Source: Chrysomallon squamiferum (lineage: Eukaryota; Animalia; Mollusca). Taken from it: a DNA stretch of 64,000 bases. Where the stretch lies: positions 3,224,001 through 3,288,000 of the forward strand of contig CM022667.1 in NCBI GenBank assembly GCA_012295275.1. The letters are read 5' to 3'. The translations under genes were made by a program, and so were the position numbers. This document shows, in pieces, positions 13,519 to 27,830 of this stretch; position 1 is the stretch's first letter, and the number at the start of each line of letters is the position of its first letter. The notes below the pieces were generated by a model, which ran no database searches, had not been told where the DNA came from, and worked only from the letters and a program-made list of their open reading frames with translations.

Positions 13519-14528
13519 GGATATAAGCTTCAAAACATTTTATTATAATGTTTACCCCTTCTTAATCAAAGTTGTGAAATCACTTACATGTCAGACAGAT
13601 AGTTGTTTTGTGAAGATAGCTCTTCTTTTCTTTAAAAGAAACTTAAAAACAAACCAGTCTGACTGTACTTGATGATGTCATAACCAGGGAAGAAAACACT
13701 GACATGTTAAAACTGTTCTGTTGTTGTTATTAATCAGGACTGGATGACAAAAACAAAACAAGACATAACTAATGTCAATGTGTGCTGAATGTATTTAGAA
13801 ATTTCTTCACATTCATTTTAATACAAACTTGTTATTTATTTACCTTTCATTGAAAATAAATTTGGAATGTTTTTTTGTTGTTATTATTGTTGTGTTGAAA
13901 AATAAATTATTTGTTACACTAAATGTTTTTTCTGTTGAAAACAAATGAAGTATGCAGAGTGTTTTTATTTTATACATACATACATACCTACACATACATA
14001 TATAGCTAGATTAAATAGATATGTGTGTGTGTATCTGTGACCAATTTTATTTTAACCAATAGGCTCAGGAATATTTTTTTACTTTTTATTTATTTATTTT
14101 ATATTTTCTTACATTTCTTCTTAATTGTATAATTTTTATTATTATTTATTTATTTTATTTTACATTATTCTATTTCATTTCATTTCATTATTTATTTGTT
14201 TTTTTTATTTATTTATATATTATTATTTATTTATTTTATATTATATTTTCTATTTAATTTCATTATTTATTTGTTTTATTTATTTATTTTTTTATTTTTT
14301 TATTTACTTATTTTTTAAAATTTTATTGTTGTTGTCAGGAAATACCTTGACACAGTCATCACTCTTCAGTAATTAATTTAAAATATTACATTACCCATAA
14401 ATGCAACTGAAAATGACCGTTTCAGTGGATGCTAGCAAAAGACAATTATTTCTATTTCTTCAGTGAATGCAGTATTAGTATAATATATATATGTGTGGGT
14501 GTTTGAGAGTGTGTGTGTGTGTGTGTGT

Positions 14529-14601
<73 letters not shown>

Positions 14602-16048
14602 ATTAGCTGTCTGTCAGTGTGTACGTCTGTGTGTGTGTGTGTGTGTATCAGTAAGTGTTTGTGGGTGTGTCTGTGTCCTAGTATATGTATGCCTGCACAA
14701 AGAGGGAGAGAGAGGCATACAGACAGATGCAAAGATAGTAAGACAAAGACTGTGGAATCAAAACAGCAGACTTAACAACCAATACAACATTGAAGAAATC
14801 GTGAAACAAAACACATCAAGACTAAAACGTGGATTGTTGATTGAATTAATTATTAAAAAAAACAAACAAAAATTTGGTAACTGCAGATTTTAATAGTGTT
14901 AAACCAAACAATCTAATCATACATACATACTACAGTCATACATATAAACCATAACCTCGCAGACACAAACTAACTAGCTAGCCCTCCTCTGGGTGAGACA
15001 AGAATCTAAACCTACTGATCCAGGAATGAATTAATACAACAAATAAAATCAGTTTAAATAGTGAGTACACTGTTGTATATAATAATAATAATAGTAATTA
15101 TATATATATATATATGTGTATGTGTATGTGTCTATACATGAATATATACATACATAGATGTAAATAACAACATTAATAGATAAGGTAATAATATTAGTTA
15201 ATATCACAGCACCATATTTCCAGTGCTCAGCCATTTTTTTTTAGTTGATTAAAAAAATAAAAATTCAAGATGGCTCTCTAAGCTAAATAAAGTTAAAAAA
15301 TTTAAAGCTTGACTCATAAACAAATTTTTTTGTTTGTGATCTTGGTGGAAAGATCAAAAATAAGAAAATTGCAAATAAGTATTTATATATATATATAAAA
15401 AAAAAGAAGACAGGTTGATATGAATGTTTTTAAAATGTCAGAGATGTTACTTTTTAAAACTGCTTCATTTATGACATGCTGTTAATTTAAACTTGAAAGA
15501 AGAAAAAAAAAAAAAAATTAGAACATTTTTTTAATTAAATTTCCATTTTGAATAAGAAGACAAGATTAAATAACTGTTTCTGTAGATTTTATTAAAGAGA
15601 GAGAGATAACAGAAAGTTTTTTTCTGTCTCGGTGAAAAATAACATTTAAGGTGGGACATTTTGAATGAAATTTTTCATATTATGACTAATGTTTTTTTTT
15701 TTAAAAATAATAATTAAAATAATAAAAAATTTAACAAGGTATTTTTGTGCGTTAAATAAAGCTCTTTTTTTAAAAAGGATAATTTTTATGTGCATGAAAA
15801 AAGCTTCTTCTAACTAAACTAATAAATAAAACTCTCAGAGGATAAAATTTGGTCAAATTATTGTGCTTGCTGTTATCAAAAATGTTCAAATTGTCACAGT
15901 AACAATAATAGTAAAAGTCTGTAATACATAATAGTTGCAGAAAAATGTTCATATTACTTCTTCCAGGTAAAAAAAAAAGTTTCATAAAATATGAAAATAA
16001 ACAATGAAAATTTAGAGATTAAGAAATGAAAAATAAGTATGGCATTAG

Positions 16049-16089
<41 letters not shown>

Positions 16090-17961
16090 TAATAATAATA
16101 ATTCAACACTAGAAATATTAATTTCTTTACCTTTTAGTTTCAAATTTCTTGATTAAGAAAACATACTAATGTTAAAAATACAAATCTGAAGGTGCACAGG
16201 TAATATTCATAAATAAAAAAAAAATAATATATAATAAGAAAACAACAAATAAAAATATATATCTAAACAAGAAACAAAAATTAAATAAATAACAAACATA
16301 CCAGGAATTACAGTTTTCAGCAACTTTCAGAATCTTTCATATTTTGTCACAGAATTGCATTTTGACATTGTTATTTGCTTATTTATTCATTTACTTATTT
16401 TTATGTACAACCAGATGATATTAAGCTTTATACACACACAGTTTTTGGAGTTTTTGCACATACATACATATATCAGCAGGATGGATTTGCTTAATGTACA
16501 GACAGCTGGATGGAATTACAGACATTTCTGATACACACTTTGTTATTTATTTACAACAGCTCACGGCAGTCATTGTTTTATTTATATATATATATATATA
16601 TATATGGTCACTGAGATTTTGTGTGAGCAAAGTAATAGATATATTACTGCAATGCAAAATGTAGTAATCTCAGTGGTAAAATTAAATAAAGTCTTTCATT
16701 ACACAGAACAGATTTTAAACATTCTAAGTTAAAAAATATTTAATATGAAAAAGTGATTTTCAGGAAAGGATAAAACAAACATTAAAATATTTGAGAAAAT
16801 AAATAAAAGCAAACATATTTGTTAAACAAATCAGTCAAAGTTATTGAAAACATATTTTGGATACTAATATATTACATTTCATAACAGCAATTGTTTTTTT
16901 GTTTTTTTATTAATTATCTCCAAACATGCTGATATTACAAAAAATAAAAAAAAATAAAAACAAAATTATTAAAAGGATTAATAACTACATCAAAACTGTT
17001 ATTAACACAAAGATTCAGAAAGCTGTAATAAAAAAATTCAAGTAATTCAAAATGTAAAGATTTATGTGAAAGTGGCTGTAAGTATATCACAAGATATTAA
17101 GAAAAGATATATAAGTATATATATATATATAAAAACAATTACATCATAAAAACTCATAAATAATAAGTTAATCAGTTATTGAGACATTTACACAAAATAT
17201 TATTCTTAAAACATCTGTAAATTAAAAATATCAGCTTAGTTAAAAAAAGATGTTATTAATATCTGCATCTTAGCAAATATTTAGCATACAGTTATCACTA
17301 ATAATTTTAAAAAAATTAAATACATATTTGTAACCATTATAAATTTTACAGACACAATGACACAATAGTTGCTGCGAATTTCAAGTAAAAATTTTAAAAA
17401 ATTAAATTATTTTTAAAGATAAGGTAAATTATACAATCTAAAAACAGTTTACAATATTCTAATCATTTAAAAAAAAAAAAAAAACAACATTAACTACATA
17501 TTTAAAATTTAGCATACGGGGAGAAATGTACTATACACACAATGTAACAACAAAAATAATTGGTTATTCCTGAGCTAATGAAATTTATCGTTACATTTGG
17601 GATATGCCAGTTTGGAAAGCTGCCAGATTATTATAAATTTGTTAGTTAACAGAATTTGAATACAAATGTGTCAACTAACATAGATGGCAAGAAAAAGCAA
17701 TCTATATTTGTTTAGCTCAGACAAAATTGTTTGTCACATCAGATGTTTGGCTCTTACAGGAATATTGATTTAGGGGCAGAGCAAGAAATATAAAGGTTGG
17801 GGGTGGGGTAGTTTTAGATATTTGAAAAAAAAATCTGTAATAATTCAAAACATCTTTTATTCTTCATTTTGTATCAGATGTAAACCTTAACCTCCCTTCA
17901 GATAATCTTTTTGTTATCATATTTATTATTGTTAACAAAAAAATATTAAAACCTCAAAAGA

Positions 17962-18036
<75 letters not shown>

Positions 18037-20957
18037 AAATATATGTAATAAAATAAAATTAAAAAAATCATAATTGTATTTTCAGAGGTTTGAACCTAGA
18101 ACCCAGAGGCTTCAACAGCCTCCAGTTTACCAAGTTTGTTTGTTTATTGTACACAGTGACATAAGCTGGCTACATGGATTATGTTATCAGTATTTCTGTC
18201 ACAGATTAGACTGTTATGGCTAAACATACAGCTGACTGTAAGCATAATAAATATACACTTACGTAAAGATATTTTACTGGGAGAAAAATAGACCAAAAAA
18301 ACCCATTAAATCATATTTGAAATCTGAGTTTTTGATTACTGTGCTTAAAATAAACAGTTGTTTGTTATGTTTAGAAGAAAATTTGTATGAATTTATAAAT
18401 TAAAAAAAAAAAAAAAATTTAAATGAAAGAAGATAAAAAGAAGAGTTATGAAGAAAGGGTTCTTTTTGGATAAATAAAAATAAAAAGTAAATGAAAAAGA
18501 AATGAAGAGTGGTTCATATTTTGTTGTTTGTGTTTTTCTTGTTTTTTTACAAAATGTACTGTCGTATTCATGTACTGAAGAAAAAAAAATTCCAACTTAT
18601 CAATAATAAATTCATGAAAAAGATATCATTCATTATCTCATAAAAGTATTAATGTTTTCCAATAAATAAATTGATTAAAAAAAAAAAAAATAGATGAAAA
18701 ATAAATTTCACTGAGTCAACATAAACTAACAATAATTTCTCACGACTACAGTAATGTTTATTTATAGACACACAATACTTGGCAGAGATCAAAGTGAAAG
18801 TTTAACTTAACATCTATTGTTACAAGTTTTGTGAATAAAACAAACTGAACAAACAATTCTTCAAAGAATGAATAATAATAAAAAATATCATTATATATTT
18901 TGGTATCTAACAAGTTCGCAAAAATATTTTAAACAAATGAGTACAGATTTAGAAATCAAATCAGTCAGAAGTAAATTTATTTTCTTTTGTTGTAGACATA
19001 AAAAAAAAAATTAAAAAAATGTTACCTACATCTACACTGCAGAAAAAATTTTAGAAATAAATTTATCCTTTACTGAAATTAATATTGGAAATTAAATGTA
19101 AGATATGAAGAAAGAAAAATGTTATTTTTTTTTAAAAGTTATCTTCTGTTGTAATAAATATAAAAACAACAAAAAAAAAAAAAAAAAAAAAAAAATACTT
19201 TACGATGTTCAGCAAAAACAAATCATTAAAAAAACGAGAAAACATTTTGAAAACAAATGTTGTCCGTAACTGCAACTAAACCAATCTACTCACAGCATAG
19301 TAAAAAAAATTAATTAAAATTATGATAATAAAGATAATTACGATGTTTTGTGTCCCAGATAATAATTTTGTGAACCAAGCTGCTGACCGTACACAAAGTA
19401 GTTCTGCTGTTATTTACGCATCACTTACTTCGTTTGTTTTTGTTTCGAATTGTCAGATTGCGTAAGCTCTATACTTACAGCTAATTGTGTGTTTGTCTGC
19501 TTGTTCAGCCTAAACACTTATCTCTCACACCTGACATTAAGTCAGCTTTAACAAGGTAAAAAAAAAACATAATAAAAAAAAAAAAAAAAATGTTATACCT
19601 GGTGATACAGGTTGAATAATCAGACTATACCAACTGCTGCTGTCATTTTTACACTGCGAGCTGTTGTTCTAAATATAGAGATGTCATAGAAAAACAGATT
19701 CAAATATTATTATTTATGTATTTATGAGTCGATTTTTGTTATATAATGTACAATAATAATATGTTATATTTATTATTATGAGTGTTTATTTTTAAAATAT
19801 TTATTTATATATCTGTGTGGATGTTAAAAATAATTTAAATTGTTTGTGATATTCAACTGCGAGGTTTAAAAAGTGGAACACAGGGTTGTAAACTGTTTAT
19901 GAAATATGTTTTGATGTTATCAGTACAGTTTGAAATAGGGTCAGAAAAACCAATAAAAACATGTATGTTTGAATAATTTATTTTTTTCTTTATGATTATG
20001 ATTATTATTAATTGTTATTGCTGCTGTTATTATCATTATTATTATTGTTATTATTATTGCTGTTGTTTTTTGCAGTTGTTGTTGCTGTTTTGTTTTTAAG
20101 TTTTAATTTTTCAGCCATGTTTTTGAAAACAGTATTTCTTTTAAAATAATTATATTAAGTTTCATAAAAACAAACAAATGAAAAAAAAAAAAAAGAAAAA
20201 AGAAAAAAAAACATTTATTTTTCTTTAAATTAACCTTTATTAATAATATTTTTGTAATTATTTTAAAACTTAATTATTAGTATATTCAAACATATTAATA
20301 CTTTTTTTCATGTTTTTACTATTCATTTTTTTGTTTTATATAAATGCTTTAAATTACTTTAATGCTAAACAATAAAACAAAAAATCATTTAAATTTTTAT
20401 AGGAAATTAAATCATAAACTAAATGAAGAAACAGCACAAACTCATTGTCTAAACCAAACGACCAAAATAACATTTTTATAAATTTCAAAAAAAAAAAAAA
20501 AAATCTAAACTAAATTATGATTAAGTTAGAGAGGAAGATTAAGGTTCATAAAATGTTAACTTTTTAGACAGACAGACAGACAGAGTCTGTCAACATTTAC
20601 AAGGATATAAGAATTTTTACACACTTAATATAACTAAATGTATTCATTCGATCAAACCCAGTGACAGAAAAATGACACTGGCTATTTATAGCTCAGAAAT
20701 AACACAAAAGCAGCAATGTTAAAAATTAACTATTGATTTGAAAAAATTATTTTCAGAATGTTTTAGTTTAGAAACCAGGTTCTGATGAAAGAAAAAAAAA
20801 AAATGTTTACAGTCTGTTCATTCTTTGGCTGACTTTTAGAAAATAATCCTATACAAACTAAATTAAGTTTCACGTTATTTAAATAAAGTTTATTAATAGC
20901 TGTATTATTTGTTGTTGTTGTTATTATAATAATAATAATTATTATTATTAAGGATTG

Positions 20958-20988
<31 letters not shown>

Positions 20989-21210
20989 AAATGTATAGAA
21001 TAAAACATTACCAATAATAAAATTTGATCATAAGACTATTTTTGATGATTTCCATTCCATGTTCTTTGAATACGCAACTGATAACAATACAACAATATTC
21101 TTTTTTGTTACAAATGATTTTAAGCTATTTTCGTGATCTGTATGAATAAGAATAAAAATGTTACAATGACAATATTTTCAAAATGATCTAATGACCAAGG
21201 CACACGTAAG

Positions 21211-21229
21211 TGCTGCCACCTGGTGGACA
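21211..21229 (-). promoter_or_regulatory. Consensus CTCF-type motif
   Basis: Minus strand reads TGTCCACCAGGTGGCAGCA, matching the CTCF core CCASYAGRKGGCRS. It is a GC-rich island in AT-rich sequence between two convergent genes. Confidence 0.55.
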
Positions 21230-22623
21230 AGGAAAAATAATTATTAGTTACAAAAAGTGAGATCAATAGTCAATACAATGTTACATGTAATGGGTATAAC
21301 CTAATTTAGTTTCTCCACTTATGAAAACAAATAAATCTTTACAGGGCAGTAACCTAATATGGTTGTTCTACTTGCACATGAGTTATATATATATAATCTT
21401 TACAGGGTAGCAACCTAATTTGGTTTTCTGTCCACATAGTGATTATTACACAGCATCTGGAAGGAACCTTATTTAATCACATCAAAATATCCTGTAGCCC
21501 AAAACTATCACAAACAAACAACAAATTTAACAAACTCCACAATTTTTTTTTTTCTTTTTAAAACATTTTAAACTTTTTTTTCCTGCAGTTACTTTTTTTT
21601 TTTTTTTTTTTTTTTGAAAAGAATTTGTTTCTTTCACAAGTTTCTTTCAAACTAACTGAACAAACATTTAAACAATAACATGACAAAAACTATCAAACAA
21701 ACAAAAAAAAAGTTTCTGTAAGAAAAAGATAACTGTAAAAAAATATGTAACCGTAATCAAAAGAAATCTCCAAAAAATGTTTCAATTATTTAAAAAGTTT
21801 TCTGAAACTTTTTATTTATCCAAAACAGGGAACATTTACAAAATTTTCTTTAAACAAAATAAAAACATTGAACCCTTTTAACTTCTATAAGCAAAAGTGA
21901 TTCTGACAATGAAAGATCAAAAAATAAATAAATAAATAAATAAATAAATATTTAAAAATATTTTAATTTGAAAATAAACAATTTAAAAATTTACAAACTA
22001 TTGTTATTGCATCGTGACATATATATTTAAAAAAAAACACATGAATTAAAAAATATTAAAATTAAAGATATTTAAATCACTATTATTTAAAATAAATTTA
22101 AAAAAAACAACAAAATAAGAGCCAGAATATCAGGCGGGTACCCTTACCAAATGACGTCTGCTTCGTGGGTACATTTGAGTAACATATTTCAGTACCCACA
22201 AACAGACAACAAAAAACAAAAATATTAAATAATAATAGTAAATAACTAATAATACTAATAAAAATTTTAAAAAAATACAATGTACATCTACTAGACAGAA
22301 ATATACAACACACTGACAGTATCTCCAGTAACACATTGTGAATGTTTTCTAATGCATTCACTTATAAATAAATACTAATAACTGAATGGTGAGAACAAAG
22401 ATATACCGGTATACAGAGAGATATTATTAAACAGCCCAGAGAGTACGAAAGAAAAAAAAAAAAACAAGCAGCCTGCCTACACTCTCTGTAGTTAGAATGG
22501 GATATTTCAAAAAAACCACTTATTAGTTAACAACAGGACTAAACTTTTTTTTCATATTTTTTTTCATATTTTTTTTTCGTATTTTTTTTGTTGTTTGTTA
22601 TTTAAACTAAACGCAAGCAGTGG

Positions 22624-25600
22624 TTAAACTTTTCGTTGTCCTATGCGGCCGTTCATGCAGCCCGACGGCCGCTGCAAGCGTGCACGCTTCGACTGCTGCT
22701 TTCCTAAGGCACTGAACTCTCGCACTTTGTTCTCCTTGTTGGTCATCTTGCGACTGAGTTTTTTCGTGCTCCACCTCGCCTGCTCTCTCTGGGCCACCTT
22801 TATGTTCTCAATCTGCGCAGTGAGCCCGGCTCTGGCTGCAACAGCATGAGCGCGCCTCGGTGGGTGGTGAGCAACGCGCTTCTTTTCCTCGCAGGCGACG
22901 GCAGCAACAACAGCAGCATCGTTGCTGGCAGTCTCGACTTCCATTTCGTCCACTTCGTGCACGTTGCTGCACTTCTTCTCCTCTTCTTCTTCGTCTTCGT
23001 GTTCGCACTCGAGCGACGTATACACAGACATGCTCGGGTGCTCTATGAGTAGATTTTCCAGGGGGTTCGTGTCGACATTGCAGCTGTTCTTCCTCCTGGC
23101 TGTAAAACAAGGGGGAGGGGTTAGAATCCAGCTCTCGGCTGAGTCCAGTTTTGAGCGGTAGGCGAAGCGGACACGACGGTGTCCGCCCGGACTGACCGAC
23201 TCTGGAGTGGATGTGTTTTGAGAGCCGACGCTCTCCGGGTCGGAAGAACAAGTGCTGTCCCCTTCCAGGGACTCCACGGGGACGAGAATGTTATCGTGGA
23301 GGTGATGAGGTTGTTGGGGGTTTTCACTACGATCTGAAAACAGATCAAGCGTACGAAATGAGAACAAGAAGAACAGTCACTAACAGGGTCAGACAACTTA
23401 CTAACATGCCAACTAACACCACAGGGAATAGAAAAAAAAATTAAATTCTCACTGCATGGTCTCTTTTTCATTGATATACAGTAACAACAAAAAAACTTAT
23501 TATATAAAATTTTAAAACTATTTATTTCATATCTCTTGTATCTTACCAGCTCTGATTAATTTTTTTTTCAATCTAATACATTTCTGAATGGTTCTGAAAA
23601 AAGTTAATTTTACACTGGTTCCTTTCTTATTTAGACTGGTTTTATGAGCCATACTTCCCTTCTCCTTAATACTTACTAAAAAACCCAGAAATAAATGCAC
23701 CAAAAAAGAATGTCTGTGTGATGATAAATAAATAAATATTTTTTTTTTTTTTTTTTTTACAAATGCTGTTACATGGTGATATAAAACAGGTTTCAACCAG
23801 TTTATGTCAACACTAACACATTTCTTTATTTTTAAAATTTATTTTTGTTTATTTATTTATTTTTTATTTAATTTAATTTTTGTTATTATTATTTTTTTTT
23901 TTTTTTATAAAAATTCTTTGAGGTCTGGTAAGTAATCATAATCTTCTGTATTAAGGAAAAATAGAAAATTAATTTTCCTATAATTTGTTTTTCTTTTTGC
24001 TTTCAAATACTGCGATTTATTCAGGAATTTTTAAAAGAAAAGAAAAATAAGTAGAAGAAGAAAAGAAGCGTCTATTTATAAACTGAGGTAATTAAAATGC
24101 AGGTGTTTCTGGATGGCAGGTGATAAATTAATTAATTAACCTGTACCTGACTAGCTCATTAGATTGACACTTCCTGTAATATCACAGTACAATAAACTCA
24201 GGTCAAAGGTCACAAACTGGGAAATTTTAAACATTACATATGTCATCTGTGTGTGTTTGCATATCAGTTCACCCATGTTAAAAGCTTGTGAATATAGTAT
24301 ATCAGTTATTTATAATATAATATATCAGTTAGATGTCTGTTTGTATTTATCTGTTTTTCTAAAATATTTTAGAACTGTAATCTCATCCCATGTGTCTGGT
24401 TGTTGTTGTTTTGGGCATAATTATGCCATAATTTCTGTGCTATTCATCAGTTAGCAGTAAGAATTCTTTAAAGTGTACCTTTCCATAAACAGGGGAGCAG
24501 GTAATATGAATTGTCATAAACCAGTTGTGAAGCACTGGTTAGAATGGGAAATATTCTATCAGAGGACTGATCTCTAGTAATCTATCATGTTTTAGCAGGT
24601 GTTACGACCAGTGGACTATTACTAAGCACTGAACCGAGAGAGTAGGAGAACATGTAATGAATACAGTTACAGGGATTACTGCAAACTGCTGGCCAGGTAG
24701 TAGAGATTAACCTGGCAGGCAGGTAGATTATTAAGCTGGCAACAGGTGTATGGAAATTTTATTAGAGGTCACACAGGTCGCTAGGAATGGCTGATAACCG
24801 TGTGTTTGGTATTTAGAAAACAGATTTAAAAACACTGTGAAGTTGTGCTATGTGCTGTCTTGTGAACTGTGGTAAAGGTCATTTGGTGTAGTCGGTAAAA
24901 TTGGCACAGTCTGGTGTGGTGTTGCTTGATATAGTTGTGTTGTATGACATGATATAGTGTGTTTCAGCCTAGTGTGATACAGCATCTGTGTAATGGAATG
25001 ATATAGCAAGAAATACCTTGATATGTTTGCAACAAATGGCATAATACAAATGATGTACACTAGTATGGTATAGCTTGATATCGTCTCAACTACAGTTGTC
25101 TACTCTGAAATAGCACATTATAATGTGCTATAGTATATAGTGGTATAGCGTAACATAGTTGTTATATTGCATAAGACAAGATACTTATATATATATATAT
25201 ATATATATCGTCTTGTGTGGAACAATTTAAAGATTCCAGAGTGATATAGTTTGATACAATCTGTCGCAGCATTTTTAAGTCTAACTGATATGTCATTCTA
25301 TACTCTGTTGGTGGGGCTATGTTAGACAAGATAGTGTGTAAATTGATATAGTACAGTATTGTGTATTATAAAACAATGTGCTATGGTTTGATATATAATG
25401 AGTGGAATGCAATGAAGCATATTGCAGGTTGGCATGGTATAATGCTGCATTAATTAATCTAACCACCTGTCACACCAGCATAAAACACAAAAACATAAAA
25501 ACAGGTGTGTTGTTTTTTTTGTTTGACAATTACTCAAAATATTTCAAGAATCTGTTATTTTCATGTTACAAAAGAGACCATGATGTGAGAGACATAAAAA

Positions 25601-25881
25601 TCAACTATCCGGTTAAAAAAGAACAACCAAAACCCAGACTTGCAGTTTCAACTAAAGAATTATAATGTTGTTAAAAATCTACTCTGAGAGGCCACTGTAA
25701 GTTTTCAACAGTCAAAGATTTTTATTTGTTTGACTGCAGGCAATCAAATTCTCGGTATATACATATTATTGATATTCACGTATGGCAGATCATTATGAAC
25801 ATTTATTTATTGTTACATTATGCTTACTTATTATTATTTTATCAATAGTAAAAGAAATAAAATCATTAACTGTGAAGCAAA

Positions 25882-25945
<64 letters not shown>

Positions 25946-27830
25946 TACATACATTTATAAACCTAAAAATACTAAAATTTACTTTAGTTTTTAATCAATA
26001 TTGGAAGGTATGAAAAAGATAACAGAAAATAATAAATTTTAAAATAGAAAAATCAATGTTAGATGATTTATTTAAATAAATAAAAGACCAAAGCAAAATA
26101 CTGTAGGCATATTGTCCAGAAAATTTAATGTGTACTTTTAAAAGATTTAGTCTCATAATAATGACAGTGGTCTTTCAGGTGGAAGTGTACTACTGATTTG
26201 AAAAAGGAAGATGTTTGTGCAAAGCTTAAAGCAGGGGTTAGCCAAAGCGTTACTACTAGCAACAACATGAAAACAGGGGAGACAACACATCCACTCCAGC
26301 ACCAATGAACCCAAACCAGACTCAGATCATTTTGCCATGACAAAAGTGTTTCTACATAATAAAAATAACATCTGAAAAATTATTTAAAAAAACAAAAACA
26401 TTTATATTATAAAAATAAAATAACAAAAGAAACACTGTACAAACACAACAGAAACAAAATAAACATTATTATTTTTTTTTAAAAATAAATAAATAAATAT
26501 TAAAAATAAATGTTATAAATAATTTTATAAGTTTCATGATTTCAGTTTTATTTAATTGTTTATATAAAAACAAATTAAACAAAAAAATTTAATTTAATAA
26601 AAAATCACTTTTAAAAATATGTACATATTAATTATATTTATTACTTTTGTCACTATATCTTTTACTTTTTTTATATTAGAAGTAAATAAATCTTGAACAG
26701 ATTGAAAAAAAACTTTAGTTTATCTGTTGCTAATAGCAACAAACATCTGTATGTCCATATTGGTTTAACAATCTCAACATACAGACAGCTTTGATTTAAG
26801 ATAATGAATTATGAGAAAATGGCCACTGCCTTCATTGCCATGGTAACAGGCTAGTGGTTTCCATTCAGGAGACAAAGGTCACTTTTATGTAGCTGCAGAC
26901 AAGCAGCAAATTAATTAAATCATTCTCAAATTAACTCCAACAAAGGAACAGTCTAAATCAACTTTATTTATTATCTTTTTATTAATTAATTAATTAATAA
27001 ATTAATTTATTTATTTATTATTTGATTAATTATTATTAATTTTTTGGGGAGGGTTTTATATAAATATATATTGCTCAAATGTACCTGTAGTGTCAAGACC
27101 AAGGTTAAATTATATCCCTTTAAGCTTTATGAAACAAAAATATTAATTTATTTATTTATTTATTTATTTATCTTGTTGGAAACAAAATTTAGTTATTCAC
27201 TTCAGAGATGTTTTTTTTTTTTTTAAATAATAATAATAGTAATAATAACTTCAGTTTAAGATAAGAACATGAAAGCACAGACTAAAACTAGTGTTAGTGG
27301 GAGAAATTAGGCAGCAAGCTAGTGAAACTAACAAGCAAAAATTAAAATCTATACTAAAAAATGTTTAAACATGCACAGCAATAAAAAACATCTGGTAAAA
27401 ACAAACTTACAGGCATGCATGAATGCACATGCACCCAACACACACAAAATCTGGATTATATTGAAACAAGGACTGTTTAATCTTAATTTATGTAACAGGA
27501 ACTACTTAAGCTATAGTAAGGAATATTATTTATAAGGAACAGAATTTTCTACATTATTCAAACTAACAAGTCTGAACAATGAAAATATTACAATCAAATT
27601 CCAAAACTCTGAAGAGAATTCAAATCTGCTTTACTGAATATATTGAAACAAGGGCTCAGGGCAGAGAAAGAGTTTTCAGTATACATACCACTGTCACCTC
27701 CAGGGGTGTCGACAATTACCCACCCCAGTTCTCCATCCCTGGTGGGGACGTCAATATCTTTGGTGGTGTCTTGCTGCTCTGTGGGCTCTTCTGTCTTGGG
27801 CAATGCAGACCCGAAAAAATAACTCAACAT
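22624..27830 (-). CDS. TP53INP: Tumor protein p53-inducible nuclear protein / DOR family protein, ~283 aa. Coding exons 27830-27689 and 23333-22624; probable non-coding exon upstream with donor GTGAGT at 29846-29841
   Basis: N-terminal MLSYFFG, LIR motif ELGWVIVD, the DOR-family blocks ESWILTPPPCFTA and NPLENLLIEHPSMSVY, and a basic C-terminus. The phase-1 donor GTATGT (27688) and acceptor TTTTCAG (ending 23334) join as G+AT=Asp in frame. Confidence 0.92.
24450..24620 (-). mobile_element. Possible degenerate tRNA-derived SINE fragment (Meta-domain-like)
   Basis: Minus strand CCTGTTTATGGAAAGGTACACTTTAAAGAATTCTTACTGCTAA resembles a conserved central domain I recall from gastropod SINEs (CCTGTCTGTGGGA..GTGCATATAAAAGATCCCTTGCTGCTAA). 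This is from memory and not searched. Confidence 0.4.

Noticed and set aside
18085-18135. tRNA-like B-box (GGTTCAAACC on the minus strand)
   Set aside because: No cloverleaf could be formed. At most it is a decayed SINE head.
22643-23471. Several overlapping alternative-frame and antisense ORFs over the TP53INP last exon (likewise over 52349-53260 and 56837-57151)
   Set aside because: They are shadows of GC-richer coding sequence, with no independent motifs or splice support.
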